Shown here one piece after another: positions 10,193 to 19,028 of a stretch of 64,000 nt of DNA (its first letter is position 1; the number at the start of each line of letters is the position of its first letter). The position numbers and the translations under genes were made by a program. The notes under the pieces are model-generated. The model ran no database searches. It had not been told where the DNA came from and worked only from the letters and a program-made list of their open reading frames with translations. Location of the stretch: NCBI GenBank assembly GCA_036826295.1, contig DAISWO010000002.1, forward strand, positions 77,963 through 141,962. Direction: 5' to 3'. The DNA is from Candidatus Saccharimonadota bacterium (GTDB taxonomy: Bacteria > Patescibacteriota > Saccharimonadia > Saccharimonadales > JAGQNJ01).

Positions 10193-10898
10193 GGTTCTTT
10201 TACTAGCGTCACAACACGGTAACGAGCTACTAGGGGAGCGGTTGTATAAACATTTTCAACTGCTCTACCCAGAGTATCTTCCTCAAATTGACTTCATGAT
10301 TGCAAACCCTATGGCACGAGACCAAGGATTGCGGTATGTTGAGACTGATCTTAATAGGAGCTACAACAAGCCCGTAAAAAGCTACGAAGAAAAACAAGCT
10401 ACTAAGATTCGTAAGTATATAGAGAGCACAAAGCCAACCATTGTGCTAGATTTACACACTACAACATGCAATCAGCCACCGTGCTTTATTATTGCGTCCG
10501 TAAACAACGAAAACATTGCGTATCTTAAAGCGTCGCATATTAGTCGCGTAGTTATTATGAGTAACGACATTGTAAAGCATTCGTTAATTGGAAACTGCCA
10601 GAATTCTGTATCAATTGAAATAAGTGACAAGACAATAGACACCCAAGTACTAAACAAATTATCGCTAGATATTGTTAACTTTCTTAATCGGTTGTATTCG
10701 TACAAAACAAAGCATTTGTTTGAAGTTAACGAACTGTTGATGAAGTCAAAATTTAGAATCAATAACCAAAAGTCGATGCAAAATTTCAGAAAATCTAAAT
10801 ATGGCTTCTATCCCATATTAGTAGGTGAACAAGCCTACAAGAAAGATAAAATGTATTTTGGATTTAAGGCAGATAAAAGACAAATAATTAAGCTATAA
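10185..10898 (+). CDS. succinylglutamate desuccinylase/aspartoacylase-family zinc hydrolase (start moved to ATG 10185)
   Basis: VLLLASQHGNELLGE, ANPMARDQGLRYVETDLNRSY, VLDLHTT motifs typical of the AstE/AspA family. Confidence 0.65.
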   Translation: MTKVLLLASQHGNELLGERLYKHFQLLYPEYLPQIDFMIANPMARDQGLRYVETDLNRSYNKPVKSYEEKQATKIRKYIESTKPTIVLDLHTTTCNQPPCFIIASVNNENIAYLKASHISRVVIMSNDIVKHSLIGNCQNSVSIEISDKTIDTQVLNKLSLDIVNFLNRLYSYKTKHLFEVNELLMKSKFRINNQKSMQNFRKSKYGFYPILVGEQAYKKDKMYFGFKADKRQIIKL

Positions 10899-10910
10899 TA
10901 GGAGATAATA

Positions 10911-11939
10911 ATGAGTAAACCAGTAATTTTAACAGGCCTAAGGGCCAACAACGATTTGCACCTTGGCAGTTACCTAGGCGCGATGTTGCCTATGGCGCAA
11001 ATGCAAAAGAAATATGGTGAAACCTATCAGTTGAATATGTTTATCCCGGATTTGCATAGTTTTACGACACCTATCGATCACAGTAAGCTATACGAGCAAT
11101 CAATCCACAATATAAAGCTGTTTATTGCATCTGGTTTAGACATTAACCACCCAGAAACATATATTTACAGACAAAGTCGGGTATCCGCGCACAGCGAGCT
11201 TACAGTGATACTTAATTGTTTCACCTATATGGGCGAGATGCAACGCATGACTCAGTTTAAAGAAAAAAGCGCAAAATCGGACTCTGTCTCTGTAGGGCTA
11301 TTTGACTATCCCGTGCTTATGGTCGCAGACATTCTTTTGTATGGCGCTAAATACGTACCAGTAGGCGCCGATCAAACACAACATGTAGAGCTGGCCCGCG
11401 ATATTGCAATACGAATGAACAACAAATTCAACCGAGAATTGTTCGTTTTACCGGAAGCCGAAAAAGAACAAATTGCTTTCGCCACTCAGGACGAGAGATT
11501 GCGTGTAAGGGATTTGCTAGATCCAACTAAAAAGATGAGCAAGTCGGACGAGACGGGTAAAGGTGTGATCTTCCTCGGTGATAGTCCTGAGACAGGTGCC
11601 AAAAAAATTATGAGCGCCACAACAGACAGTCTTAGCAAGATCAACTATGACTATCATAAACAACCAGGCATTAGCAACCTTCTAGATATTCTCAGCGCCT
11701 TAACAAATACGCCTATCAAAGAGATTGTCGCAAAGTATCAAGGTCAGACTCAATACGGCCCGCTAAAGCAAGACGTCGCAGATGCTATAAGGAACTTCTT
11801 GACAAACTTTCAATCAAAACTAGCGAAGGTAGACGAAAAAGAACTAATGGATAAGCTAGAGGCTTCAGAGAAAGCAATGAACGAAGTTGCCAACCAGACT
11901 TTACGTAAAGTTCAAGAAGCCGTTGGCCTCCGAATATAG
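10911..11939 (+). CDS. trpS: tryptophan--tRNA ligase
   Basis: Class I aaRS with HLGSYLG (HIGH-like) and KMSKSD motifs; about 340 aa, TrpRS size. Confidence 0.9.
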   Translation: MSKPVILTGLRANNDLHLGSYLGAMLPMAQMQKKYGETYQLNMFIPDLHSFTTPIDHSKLYEQSIHNIKLFIASGLDINHPETYIYRQSRVSAHSELTVILNCFTYMGEMQRMTQFKEKSAKSDSVSVGLFDYPVLMVADILLYGAKYVPVGADQTQHVELARDIAIRMNNKFNRELFVLPEAEKEQIAFATQDERLRVRDLLDPTKKMSKSDETGKGVIFLGDSPETGAKKIMSATTDSLSKINYDYHKQPGISNLLDILSALTNTPIKEIVAKYQGQTQYGPLKQDVADAIRNFLTNFQSKLAKVDEKELMDKLEASEKAMNEVANQTLRKVQEAVGLRI

Positions 11940-12010
11940 CCAAGTCGGTATAATTGTCGTATAAGTTTGTATTTTTTGTTAGAATACTTACAACACTATA
12001 GGAGAAAATT

Positions 12011-12442
12011 ATGAGTACTAGACTAAGAAATGGCTGGGGAGGAAATAGAGAAGGCGGGGTGTTTTTAGCAAATTCTCCCAACATTAGATTCGGTGACTGT
12101 TTCGTCGAAAAGGAAAAAATCACTCTTCCTAATGGGGCGGAGTTAGAAGGATGTCGAGGAGTTCCTGTTGAGAACTTTCTCGGACTAGGTACATTGGCAG
12201 TGGCAGTAAGACATAGTGGAGATCATTACAATACTTACGTACCTGTATCTGTCCAGTACTATATAGCCCACGGGCAAACTATAATGAGGCCGTATATTGA
12301 TCTTCAATTTGGAGCTTATGACTTTGGCGAGAAAATTGGAACGCTCGATTATAATTCACTATGTCAAATTCAAGCCGGAGGCGAAGCTATATTCGATAGT
12401 TGCGAAAACCCGCTAAATCACGCCAGTCTCGAAACAAATTAA
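12011..12442 (+). CDS. hypothetical protein (143 aa)
   Basis: ORF with GGAG SD; no motif recognised. Confidence 0.45.
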   Translation: MSTRLRNGWGGNREGGVFLANSPNIRFGDCFVEKEKITLPNGAELEGCRGVPVENFLGLGTLAVAVRHSGDHYNTYVPVSVQYYIAHGQTIMRPYIDLQFGAYDFGEKIGTLDYNSLCQIQAGGEAIFDSCENPLNHASLETN

Positions 12443-12446
12443 TTAT

Positions 12447-13307
12447 ATGCAGAAGATTATAGTAGATGCAGAAAATAGCGAAAGACTAGATCTTTTTTTG
12501 GTTGGAATGATTCCAGAATTAAGCAGGAGTTCTATTCAGAAACTCTGTGACAGCGGTAAAGTACTCGTTAACAACGAGCAAAAGCCAACCAAGTACAAAG
12601 TTAAAATGGGGGATGAAATCAAAGTGTATTTCGACCCTAAAGAGTTAGACGAAATACCAAAGATTGACCTTCCAGTCCTGTACGAGGATGAAGACTGTAT
12701 TGTTATCGACAAGCCATCAGGCATCTTGACGCATAGCAAAGGTTCATTCAATCCTGAGGCGACCGTTGCCACATTTATCAGAGATAAAATATCAGATATT
12801 GACAGTGAACGGGCAGGGATTGTACATCGATTAGATAGAGGCACTTCTGGTGTTATTATTTGCGCAAAAAACCAAAAGTCACTGGATTACCTACAAAAAC
12901 AATTTGCTGATCGAAAAACAGTCAAAAAATATATTGCAATAATTGAAGGTACAATTGAACCGAGTAAAGCCATTATCGACATGCCGATTGCACGAGACGT
13001 TCGAAATCCTAAATCTTTCTGCGTTAAAACAAACGGAAAAGAGTCTATCACTGCCTACGAATTACAACAACAAAGCAGTCATTATTCGCTCTTAGTGCTA
13101 ACTCCGAAAACCGGTAGAACACACCAGCTTAGAGTCCATCTGTCTCACCAAAAACACCCAATTGTTGGTGATGAGCTATATGGTGGCAAGCCATTTAGTA
13201 GAATCTTGCTTCACGCAAAAGAGCTAACAATATCTCTACCAGAGGGCAAGACAACAACTTTTGAATCCAAACTTCCTGCCGAATTTATAGATATAATGAA
13301 CGTATGA
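12447..13307 (+). CDS. rluD: RluA/RluD-family 23S rRNA pseudouridine synthase with S4 domain
   Basis: HRLDRGTSGVIICAKN catalytic motif; GRTHQLRVHL; N-terminal S4-like RLDLFL. Confidence 0.88.
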   Translation: MQKIIVDAENSERLDLFLVGMIPELSRSSIQKLCDSGKVLVNNEQKPTKYKVKMGDEIKVYFDPKELDEIPKIDLPVLYEDEDCIVIDKPSGILTHSKGSFNPEATVATFIRDKISDIDSERAGIVHRLDRGTSGVIICAKNQKSLDYLQKQFADRKTVKKYIAIIEGTIEPSKAIIDMPIARDVRNPKSFCVKTNGKESITAYELQQQSSHYSLLVLTPKTGRTHQLRVHLSHQKHPIVGDELYGGKPFSRILLHAKELTISLPEGKTTTFESKLPAEFIDIMNV

Positions 13308-14155
13308 CATACCCGTTAATAAATCCTCGGACTAAGTTTAAAGTTGATGCCTTCATAAAGAACCCGTCCCACGCACTAATAATATCTGGGCCTGTTGGCT
13401 CTGGAAAAACAAAATTAGCGGATTACATTGCTCAGGTTGCTCTCGATACCCAAGATATCAATACATATCCCTATCTACACAAAATAAATCCAATCGATGA
13501 CAAACTAGGGATTGAACAAATTCGGGAACTACAAAGTCTAGTTAAGCTTAAAATCCCAAGCAACAAAGACATTTCTCGAATACTAATAATCGGGAGCGCA
13601 GATATTATGGGTGACGAAGCCCAAAATACTCTACTAAAAACGCTTGAAGAACCCCCAACTGATACTATATTGATCCTACTTACAACCGACATGAATAAAC
13701 TGCTAGAAACAGTGAGATCTAGGGCAGTAACTATTGAAGTAAAAACGCCAACTAAAGGGCAACTTGTTGATCACTTTACCGGAAAAGGCTTTGACCAAAA
13801 GCAGGTCGAACGAGCAATGTTGTTAGGATCAAATAGGCCTGGAATAATTAGTGAGATTCTTGATGAAGATGAATCAGAGTACGAAAAATCGATTGTTGAA
13901 GCCAAGAATATTCTAGCAAGTTCTGAGTTTAATAGACTCATAAAAATAAACGAGCTAGCAAAAGACAAGCAAGTATCTTCCGAGATAATCGACTCATTAA
14001 TCTTAATTGCCCGCTCGGCAATGAAATCTTCCAGCAACCCTGAGCAAACAAAACGTTGGCACAAAATTCTCAAAAACGCTGATAAGGCAAAACAAAAAAT
14101 GGCGAAAAACGGCAACACTAAAATTATACTAACTGACTTGTTCTTGAACCTATAG
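13304..14155 (+). CDS. holB: DNA polymerase III delta-prime subunit
   Basis: GPVGSGKTKLA P-loop and NTLLKTLEEPPTDTILILLT clamp-loader motif; shorter than dnaX. Confidence 0.8.
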   Translation: MTYPLINPRTKFKVDAFIKNPSHALIISGPVGSGKTKLADYIAQVALDTQDINTYPYLHKINPIDDKLGIEQIRELQSLVKLKIPSNKDISRILIIGSADIMGDEAQNTLLKTLEEPPTDTILILLTTDMNKLLETVRSRAVTIEVKTPTKGQLVDHFTGKGFDQKQVERAMLLGSNRPGIISEILDEDESEYEKSIVEAKNILASSEFNRLIKINELAKDKQVSSEIIDSLILIARSAMKSSSNPEQTKRWHKILKNADKAKQKMAKNGNTKIILTDLFLNL

Positions 14156-14172
14156 TATAATTATACCCACTA

Positions 14173-14829
14173 ATGATAGAACTACTTTTAGTCGTCGGTT
14201 TTGGAATAATTGCCTACCGTAGCGCTACAATTCGTGACGAAGATTTGTCGCCGCTCCCTAGAAAGTTAAGTGATAAGCTTGGACAACTTTGGGGAATTGC
14301 CCATCAAGGGATGAAGGATAATAGTTTAATTAGAGCAGAAAAAGCTCTTTTGACTATCCTAAAGATTGACAAAAAAAATGCTGCCGCCTACAACCGTTTA
14401 GGCATCTTATACGCTAAGCAAAAAGAGTACAAAGATGCTATAGATTGCTTTGAGATTGCCTCGAGCATCGAAGTGAGTCCTTCGAGCCTGCATAACTTAG
14501 GATTAATCTACTATGAAACAGAGAATTACGAGAAGGCAGCAACTGCGTTCGAACAAGCACTAAAACTAGAGGATGACTTGGCGGCTAGGCATGTTGCATA
14601 TGCAAAAGTTCAAGAAAAACTAGGCAACAACAAGCTCATGTTTGCAGAGCTCGAGAAAGCTGTCGAGATTGAGCCGACTAAAGAATCGTTAAAATATCTA
14701 CACCAAGCTTATGAGAATAACGATATGCACGATGAAGCACGAAATATTCGCCGTAGACTAGATCGAGCCACAGTTTCAAAAACAAAACCAAAAAAACTAA
14801 CAAGACCAAAACGTAGAGTTGTTATTTAA
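14173..14829 (+). CDS. TPR-repeat protein with N-terminal TM helix
   Basis: Repeated A..YN.LG..Y....Y..A...FE.AL pattern (AAAYNRLGILYAKQKEYKDAIDCFEIA; HNLGLIYYETENYEKAATAFEQAL). Confidence 0.75.
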   Translation: MIELLLVVGFGIIAYRSATIRDEDLSPLPRKLSDKLGQLWGIAHQGMKDNSLIRAEKALLTILKIDKKNAAAYNRLGILYAKQKEYKDAIDCFEIASSIEVSPSSLHNLGLIYYETENYEKAATAFEQALKLEDDLAARHVAYAKVQEKLGNNKLMFAELEKAVEIEPTKESLKYLHQAYENNDMHDEARNIRRRLDRATVSKTKPKKLTRPKRRVVI

Positions 14830-14949
14830 CCCCTGTTCTGGTAAAATTTGACAGTACTTTTCTTTGATAATAAGAGGAAAAGAGCAGCCTGACAAAATGT
14901 ATTCCATTTTGCCAGCGCGATGAGAAAAACCTTTGGTTTGTCTCATTAG

Positions 14950-15026
14950 GCCGCCTTAGCTCAGTTGGTTAGAGCGACGGTTTTGTAAACCGTAGGTCGT
15001 CGGTTCGAATCCGACAGGCGGCTCCA
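14950..15026 (+). tRNA. tRNA-Thr (anticodon UGU), CCA encoded
   Basis: Hand-folded cloverleaf: GCCGCCT/AGGCGGC acceptor, anticodon arm ACGGT-TTTGTAA-ACCGT, T arm GTCGG-TTCGAAT-CCGAC; 77 nt. Confidence 0.93.
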
Positions 15027-15091
15027 CAGAAAGCATCATGACAGTTTACTGTTATTGTGCTTTCGAGGAAGCAACTGCAGCCCGAAGGGCT

Positions 15092-15104
15092 ACAGGCGGC
15101 TCCA
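15092..15104 (+). repeat. 13-nt direct duplicate of the tRNA-Thr 3' end (ACAGGCGGCTCCA) behind a mini-hairpin
   Basis: Identical to 15014-15026; preceded by GCAGCCC-gaa-GGGCT-a-C hairpin. Confidence 0.85.
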
Positions 15105-15173
15105 GTAATATTAAGCTTATTGCGTGAAAGCTTAATTGTGGGCTAGAGTTCATGTAGGTGTTTATGTGTTACC

Positions 15174-15225
15174 TAGCCTAACGAACCAACGAGCGGGTTT
15201 CCCGACTCGAGTGTTCGCTAGGCTA
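15174..15225. other. long imperfect hairpin in the tRNA-Thr/tRNA-Tyr spacer
   Basis: TAGCCTA-a-CGAAC-caa-CGAG..CTCG-agt-GTTCG-c-TAGGCTA read directly. Confidence 0.6.
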
Positions 15226-15302
15226 AGAGGAAGAATCGACTAGAGAGTGAAAGTAAATTATCAAACAATAATTTACTGGAAGTTGACCGTCGGTTCTGAC
15301 GA

Positions 15303-15388
15303 GCAGGGTTAGTGAAGCGGTCAAACACGGCAGACTGTAAATCTGCTGGCTTATGCCTTCGTAGGTTCGAATCCTACACCCTGCACCA
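15303..15388 (+). tRNA. tRNA-Tyr (anticodon GUA), long variable arm, CCA encoded
   Basis: GCAGGGT/ACCCTGC acceptor, GCAGA-CTGTAAA-TCTGC, variable arm TGGCTTATGCCTTC, GTAGG-TTCGAAT-CCTAC; 86 nt. Confidence 0.92.
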
Positions 15389-15431
15389 TCCTTCGTCGCT
15401 ATGTTTCTATACATAGCTATGAAGGATTTTT
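15388..15431 (+). terminator. tRNA-trailer hairpin/terminator (family copy 1)
   Basis: ATCCTTC-gtc-GCTATG..CATAGC-tat-GAAGGAT + TTTTT, starting in the CCA end. Confidence 0.7.
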
Positions 15432-15436
15432 AGTTT

Positions 15437-15488
15437 GTCGTAGGGTTCGAACCGACAGGCGAAAACAGTTGGGGGCTGTTTGAGTTAT
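15437..15488 (+). repeat. T-arm-like mini-element (tRNA-Thr 3'-half-like GTCG..GGTTCGAACCGACAGGCG + AAACAG/CTGTTT hairpin + GAGTTAT)
   Basis: Near-copy at 62061-62106, relatives at 61250-61290 and 56541-56598. Confidence 0.75.
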
Positions 15489-15533
15489 CCATATTTCTAG
15501 CGAGATACTTTAGTTCTCGAGCGGATTAATCAA

Positions 15534-15556
15534 TTCGAATCCTACACCCTGCACCA
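15534..15556 (+). repeat. 23-nt exact duplicate of the tRNA-Tyr 3' end (TTCGAATCCTACACCCTGCACCA)
   Basis: Identical to 15366-15388; followed by a weak hairpin and T-run (15565-15590). Confidence 0.9.
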
Positions 15557-15956
15557 AACTAAGAACCCGACTTGTTCAGGTTTTTTGTTTGGTTTAAGTT
15601 GAAGGTTTCAAAATTACGACGGGAGCCTTCGTAGGGGAGAACTGTCAGTAGCAGTTCGAACAGTCGGGAGCCCGGAGTATATTAATGCCCGAGCTGAGGC
15701 AGGGTCGCGGAAATTTACATATAGAAAATTGTTCGTGACCGAATCCTTTTAGGTTTCGAGCTCGCGGAACGTGACCGAATCCTACTGGTTACTGATCAAA
15801 GCCTAATTCTGTCATAGCAATTATTTCTATGCTCTAAATAGGGCTGATAAAGTTGACGAAAGTATATAATTAAACTATGTTTCAGTAGGAGGCTAATATA
15901 CTGAGCCCATAAGAAACCACTGCTTTGTAAAGTGTAAATATAACAAGGAGTTTATT

Positions 15957-16385
15957 ATGCCGAATAAACCTGGCGTTGGACTGGGAGTAATAATTGAGAA
16001 TGAGCAAGGACAAGTTTTTATCGGAAAAAGAACCGGTAGCCATGCTCCGCATTACTCAATACCGGGCGGTAAGCTAGAACTAGGAGAAACTTTCGAACAA
16101 GGGGCTATTCGAGAGATACAAGAAGAACACGGAATAACAATTGTTAAACCAAAAGTGATAGCAGTAACAAATAACTTAGAGACATATAGGGCAGAAGGAA
16201 TTCACTTTATTTCGGTTATTTTATTAGCAAAGGCGTTCGAAGGAGAACCAAGTATTTGTGAACCGGATAAATGCGAAGAGATTCTCTGGGCAGATCCAAC
16301 CAGCTTACCTCAACCACATTTTGATGCGAGCAGACTTGCAATCGAGTGCTATTTACAAGAAAAACCCTACGTTGGAATTAGATAG
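15957..16385 (+). CDS. NUDIX hydrolase
   Basis: Nudix box GGKLELGETFEQGAIREIQEEHGI. Confidence 0.88.
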   Translation: MPNKPGVGLGVIIENEQGQVFIGKRTGSHAPHYSIPGGKLELGETFEQGAIREIQEEHGITIVKPKVIAVTNNLETYRAEGIHFISVILLAKAFEGEPSICEPDKCEEILWADPTSLPQPHFDASRLAIECYLQEKPYVGIR

Positions 16386-16401
16386 TTAATTTGTTGAAAA
16401 A

Positions 16402-16797
16402 ATGACCAGAACTTACCTAGGAAAAATTGTTGAAACGATTGAACCCGTTAATACAATAGCCCGTGAACTCGACGGTAAAAAATATTTGATTAACTTTATA
16501 GATGATTCGACACTGCGAAAGTCAGGTGTTTATCTAAGTGGTTATGCATATAAAGGTAAAATCTATATACGTTTAGGGCTTCCGAAAAGAGTCGAGCAAG
16601 CTGTATTTCGCCACGAAGTTTATCACTTAGATGACAAACACAGATGGCTGGGTAAGTACGGGATGGAAATGCGAGCGCATGCACACACAATTCTTCATGA
16701 TCCATTTGGATTTCTACTTGTTCTTCTTCATAGTTTGAACTTCAGATACATAAAAACATTTTGGCGACTATATATTTGGCCCAAAAACCCTAGCTAG
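16402..16797 (+). CDS. hypothetical protein with HExxH-like motif (HEVYH)
   Basis: ORF; FRHEVYHLDDKH; function not assignable. Confidence 0.45.
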   Translation: MTRTYLGKIVETIEPVNTIARELDGKKYLINFIDDSTLRKSGVYLSGYAYKGKIYIRLGLPKRVEQAVFRHEVYHLDDKHRWLGKYGMEMRAHAHTILHDPFGFLLVLLHSLNFRYIKTFWRLYIWPKNPS

Positions 16798-16939
16798 ACA
16801 ATCACCACGAACTTAAACTATTCCCCAACCCTAAACAATAGGACATCGTTAACACCAAAACTGTTTTTTGCTACAATAAAACTATGAAATGTCCAAAATG
16901 CAAACCGCAAGTAACGAATTAATGAATAAAGGCTAGACT

Positions 16940-17317
16940 ATGAATACAGAGTCAAACCAATTAGAAAGTTACGTTAATCAGCAGTTTGACCAAGGAATAT
17001 CAGAATCAGAAGTTCGTCAAAATCTATTGCAAAAAGGTTGGGATAAAATAACAGTGGATAAAGCTATTGAATATGCAGTAGATTCTCGTCAATCAAAAAA
17101 ATCATCACATAATTCAAAAGTTAAAAATGGGATTTTTTGGATTTTATCACCATTTATTTTTCTATTAATTGTTATCATTTTGAACATAATATCCCGATTT
17201 TCAGGAATTGATTCGACAATAATTGACGTTATATCTCTTATGGCGGGGATAACCGGAATAATTCTCATATTTGTGGGTCCAATTATCGGGATATTAAAGT
17301 TGTCAAAACATAATTAA
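16940..17317 (+). CDS. hypothetical membrane protein (soluble N-terminus + 2 TM helices)
   Basis: C-terminal hydrophobic stretches IFWILSPFIFLLIVIILNII and LMAGITGIILIFVGPIIGIL. Confidence 0.5.
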   Translation: MNTESNQLESYVNQQFDQGISESEVRQNLLQKGWDKITVDKAIEYAVDSRQSKKSSHNSKVKNGIFWILSPFIFLLIVIILNIISRFSGIDSTIIDVISLMAGITGIILIFVGPIIGILKLSKHN

Positions 17318-17387
17318 ACTCTTTCTCTAACTTTGAAAACAGTGCTAAACCAATAATATGGATGTCCATGAATCAAAGTAGATATTT

Positions 17388-17396
17388 TGTTAATAT
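17388..17396 (+). promoter_or_regulatory. extended -10 (TGtTAATAT) 6 nt before ATG 17403; implies a leaderless mRNA
   Basis: read directly. Confidence 0.45.
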
Positions 17397-17402
17397 AGTA
17401 AT

Positions 17403-17585
17403 ATGATTTGTCCGAAATGCAATAAGCCAATGGGAAATGTACGCTCAGAAATTACCAACAACCTCAAATCAGGCAAAAACTATAAAGAATACGATAAAAC
17501 AACTTACGAATGTAAAACAGATGACATCTGGCTTACAACAGAAACCCCAATCACTAAAAAGTCTACCGAGAAGTTATCGAAATAG
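17403..17585 (+). CDS. small zinc-ribbon-like protein (60 aa)
   Basis: CPKC ... YECKTDD; a truncated look-alike MKCPKCKPQVTN* lies at 16885-16923. Confidence 0.45.
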   Translation: MICPKCNKPMGNVRSEITNNLKSGKNYKEYDKTTYECKTDDIWLTTETPITKKSTEKLSK

Positions 17586-17630
17586 TTCTGATTTTTTGTA
17601 GAACAGAGTGTCACGGGCATGAACCTTAAG

Positions 17631-17639
17631 TGATACAAT
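17631..17639 (+). promoter_or_regulatory. extended -10 (TGaTACAAT) 7 nt before ATG 17647; implies a leaderless mRNA
   Basis: read directly. Confidence 0.5.
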
Positions 17640-17646
17640 TAATTCT

Positions 17647-17841
17647 ATGGAACGAATTTCGATCCACAAAACGCAACTAGATGTTGGGCCTGAGGTAAAG
17701 TTCGACACTTTATTGCTCGTTGAACCCACAGAGCGTGCTATTGATGCGTTCGAAAGACGTGAGGCTGAAATTATCGCACAAGAAGCACCAGACCCACGCA
17801 TACACCATTGCATTGGTGATCTAGTACTTATGCCGACATAG
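17647..17841 (+). CDS. hypothetical protein (64 aa); stop overlaps tRNA-Thr(GGU) 5' end by 10 nt
   Basis: ORF with leaderless-type promoter; no motif. Confidence 0.4.
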   Translation: MERISIHKTQLDVGPEVKFDTLLLVEPTERAIDAFERREAEIIAQEAPDPRIHHCIGDLVLMPT

Positions 17842-17906
17842 CTCAGGGGTAGAGCGCATCCATGGTAAGGATGAGGTCCTGGGTTCAAATCCCAGTGTCG
17901 GCTCCA
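17832..17906 (+). tRNA. tRNA-Thr (anticodon GGU), CCA encoded
   Basis: GCCGACA/TGTCGGC acceptor, CATCC-ATGGTAA-GGATG, CTGGG-TTCAAAT-CCCAG; 75 nt. Confidence 0.93.
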
Positions 17907-17952
17907 AAAATACTACTTGAAATAACTATTCTAATCTGTTAATCTATATTTC

Positions 17953-18159
17953 ATGGCTAAAAAAACCGGTAAACGAAAAACTATAGGACTTGTAAGCGAA
18001 CTTTCAGGTCATCGTCATTATTACACTGACAAGAATCAACAAAATACTCCAGACAAATTGAGCCTAAGAAAATACGATCCAGTTGCCCGAAAACACGCAC
18101 TTTATACAGAGACAAAGAAGAGCTTGGGCCGTAACGAAGTTAAGCCTCGTAAAAAATAG
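17953..18159 (+). CDS. rpmG: 50S ribosomal protein L33 (with C-terminal extension)
   Basis: HRHYYTDKNQQNTPDKLSLRKYDPVARKHALYTETKK matches the L33 core pattern. Confidence 0.85.
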   Translation: MAKKTGKRKTIGLVSELSGHRHYYTDKNQQNTPDKLSLRKYDPVARKHALYTETKKSLGRNEVKPRKK

Positions 18160-18336
18160 TTATCCACAACCCCCTCTTGACACTCAAAATAGGTCTTGTA
18201 TGCTGGTCTTTGTGTCTTTTGTCAGTGAGAGTGGAACGCTGTATTTAAGCCCTGGACACACAAATATATAATAGAAAATCATTTCTAAAATAAAAATAAC
18301 CTAAAAACAAAAGGGCAACAATTAAGAGGAGGTGTT

Positions 18337-18951
18337 ATGCGAAAAATCGCACTACTAGCGATGCTAGTATTAAGTGTACTATTTATTAGTACTACAACGG
18401 GTTCAGCACATGCTGAAACAGTTAAAAAAGTGAGTAAAAGTAAGCAAAAAATCGTAACAGTAATGAGTGGAGACTCATTAGCTAAAATTGCTACCAAGCA
18501 CAAATCTACATACAAGCGGATTTTTGATGCTAATAAAAAGATCAAAAGCCCAGATTTAATTTTTCCGGGCCAAAAACTACGAATACCTAAGAAATCAGAG
18601 AAACTTAAATCTAGGACTACAGCTCCAGTTGTCGCTGCACCTTCGGTTAGCGCACAGCCTGTCGCACCAGCTACTCCACAGCCTGCGCCAGCCCCAGCAA
18701 ACTTTGCCCCCGGAAATAGTGTCTGGGATCAGTTAGCGGCCTGTGAATCAGGTGGAAACTGGGCTATAAATACTGGAAACGGTTATTACGGTGGCCTGCA
18801 GTTCTCGCTATCTAGTTGGAGAGGCGTTGGTGGCAGCGGATACCCACATCAAGCTAGCAAAGCCGAACAGATCAAACGCGCCGAAATATTACGTGGAAGC
18901 GGTGGATGGGGCCATTGGCCAGCGTGTTCCGCAAAACTCGGTCTTATTTAA
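18337..18951 (+). CDS. secreted LysM + Rpf (resuscitation-promoting-factor-like transglycosylase) protein
   Basis: Signal peptide MRKIALLAMLVLSVLFISTTTGSAHA; LysM VTVMSGDSLAKIATKH..IFPGQKLRIP; Pro/Ala linker; WDQLAACESGGNWAINTGNGYYGGLQFSLSSW Rpf motif. Confidence 0.88.
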   Translation: MRKIALLAMLVLSVLFISTTTGSAHAETVKKVSKSKQKIVTVMSGDSLAKIATKHKSTYKRIFDANKKIKSPDLIFPGQKLRIPKKSEKLKSRTTAPVVAAPSVSAQPVAPATPQPAPAPANFAPGNSVWDQLAACESGGNWAINTGNGYYGGLQFSLSSWRGVGGSGYPHQASKAEQIKRAEILRGSGGWGHWPACSAKLGLI

Positions 18952-18973
18952 AACAATTTAACAATTCTAGCCT

Positions 18974-19006
18974 AACAATAGCCTCATATATTGAGGCTAT
19001 TGTTTT
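18974..19006. terminator. bidirectional terminator hairpin between convergent genes
   Basis: AACAATAGCCTCA-tatat-TGAGGCTATTGTT, 13-bp stem, followed by TT. Confidence 0.7.
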
Positions 19007-19028
19007 ATAGGAACATATAGTACGTTTA

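Noticed and set aside
15223-15414. Minus-strand ORF of 63 aa
   Set aside because: It overlaps tRNA-Tyr and the hairpin-rich tRNA spacer. It is explained by RNA features.
16885-16923. 12-codon ORF MKCPKCKPQVTN behind a TACAAT box
   Set aside because: It is too short to support. It may be a remnant of a zinc-ribbon gene like 17403..17585.
17574-17888. Minus-strand ORF of 104 aa
   Set aside because: It covers tRNA-Thr(GGU) and is antisense to ORF 17647..17841. No SD or promoter is present.
18160-18336. Possible ydaO/cyclic-di-AMP riboswitch upstream of the Rpf gene
   Set aside because: Rpf and cell-wall hydrolase genes often have this riboswitch. However, the 5' region shows only one weak helix (TGTGTC/GACACA) and none of the conserved motifs I can recall. 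A cmsearch would be needed.
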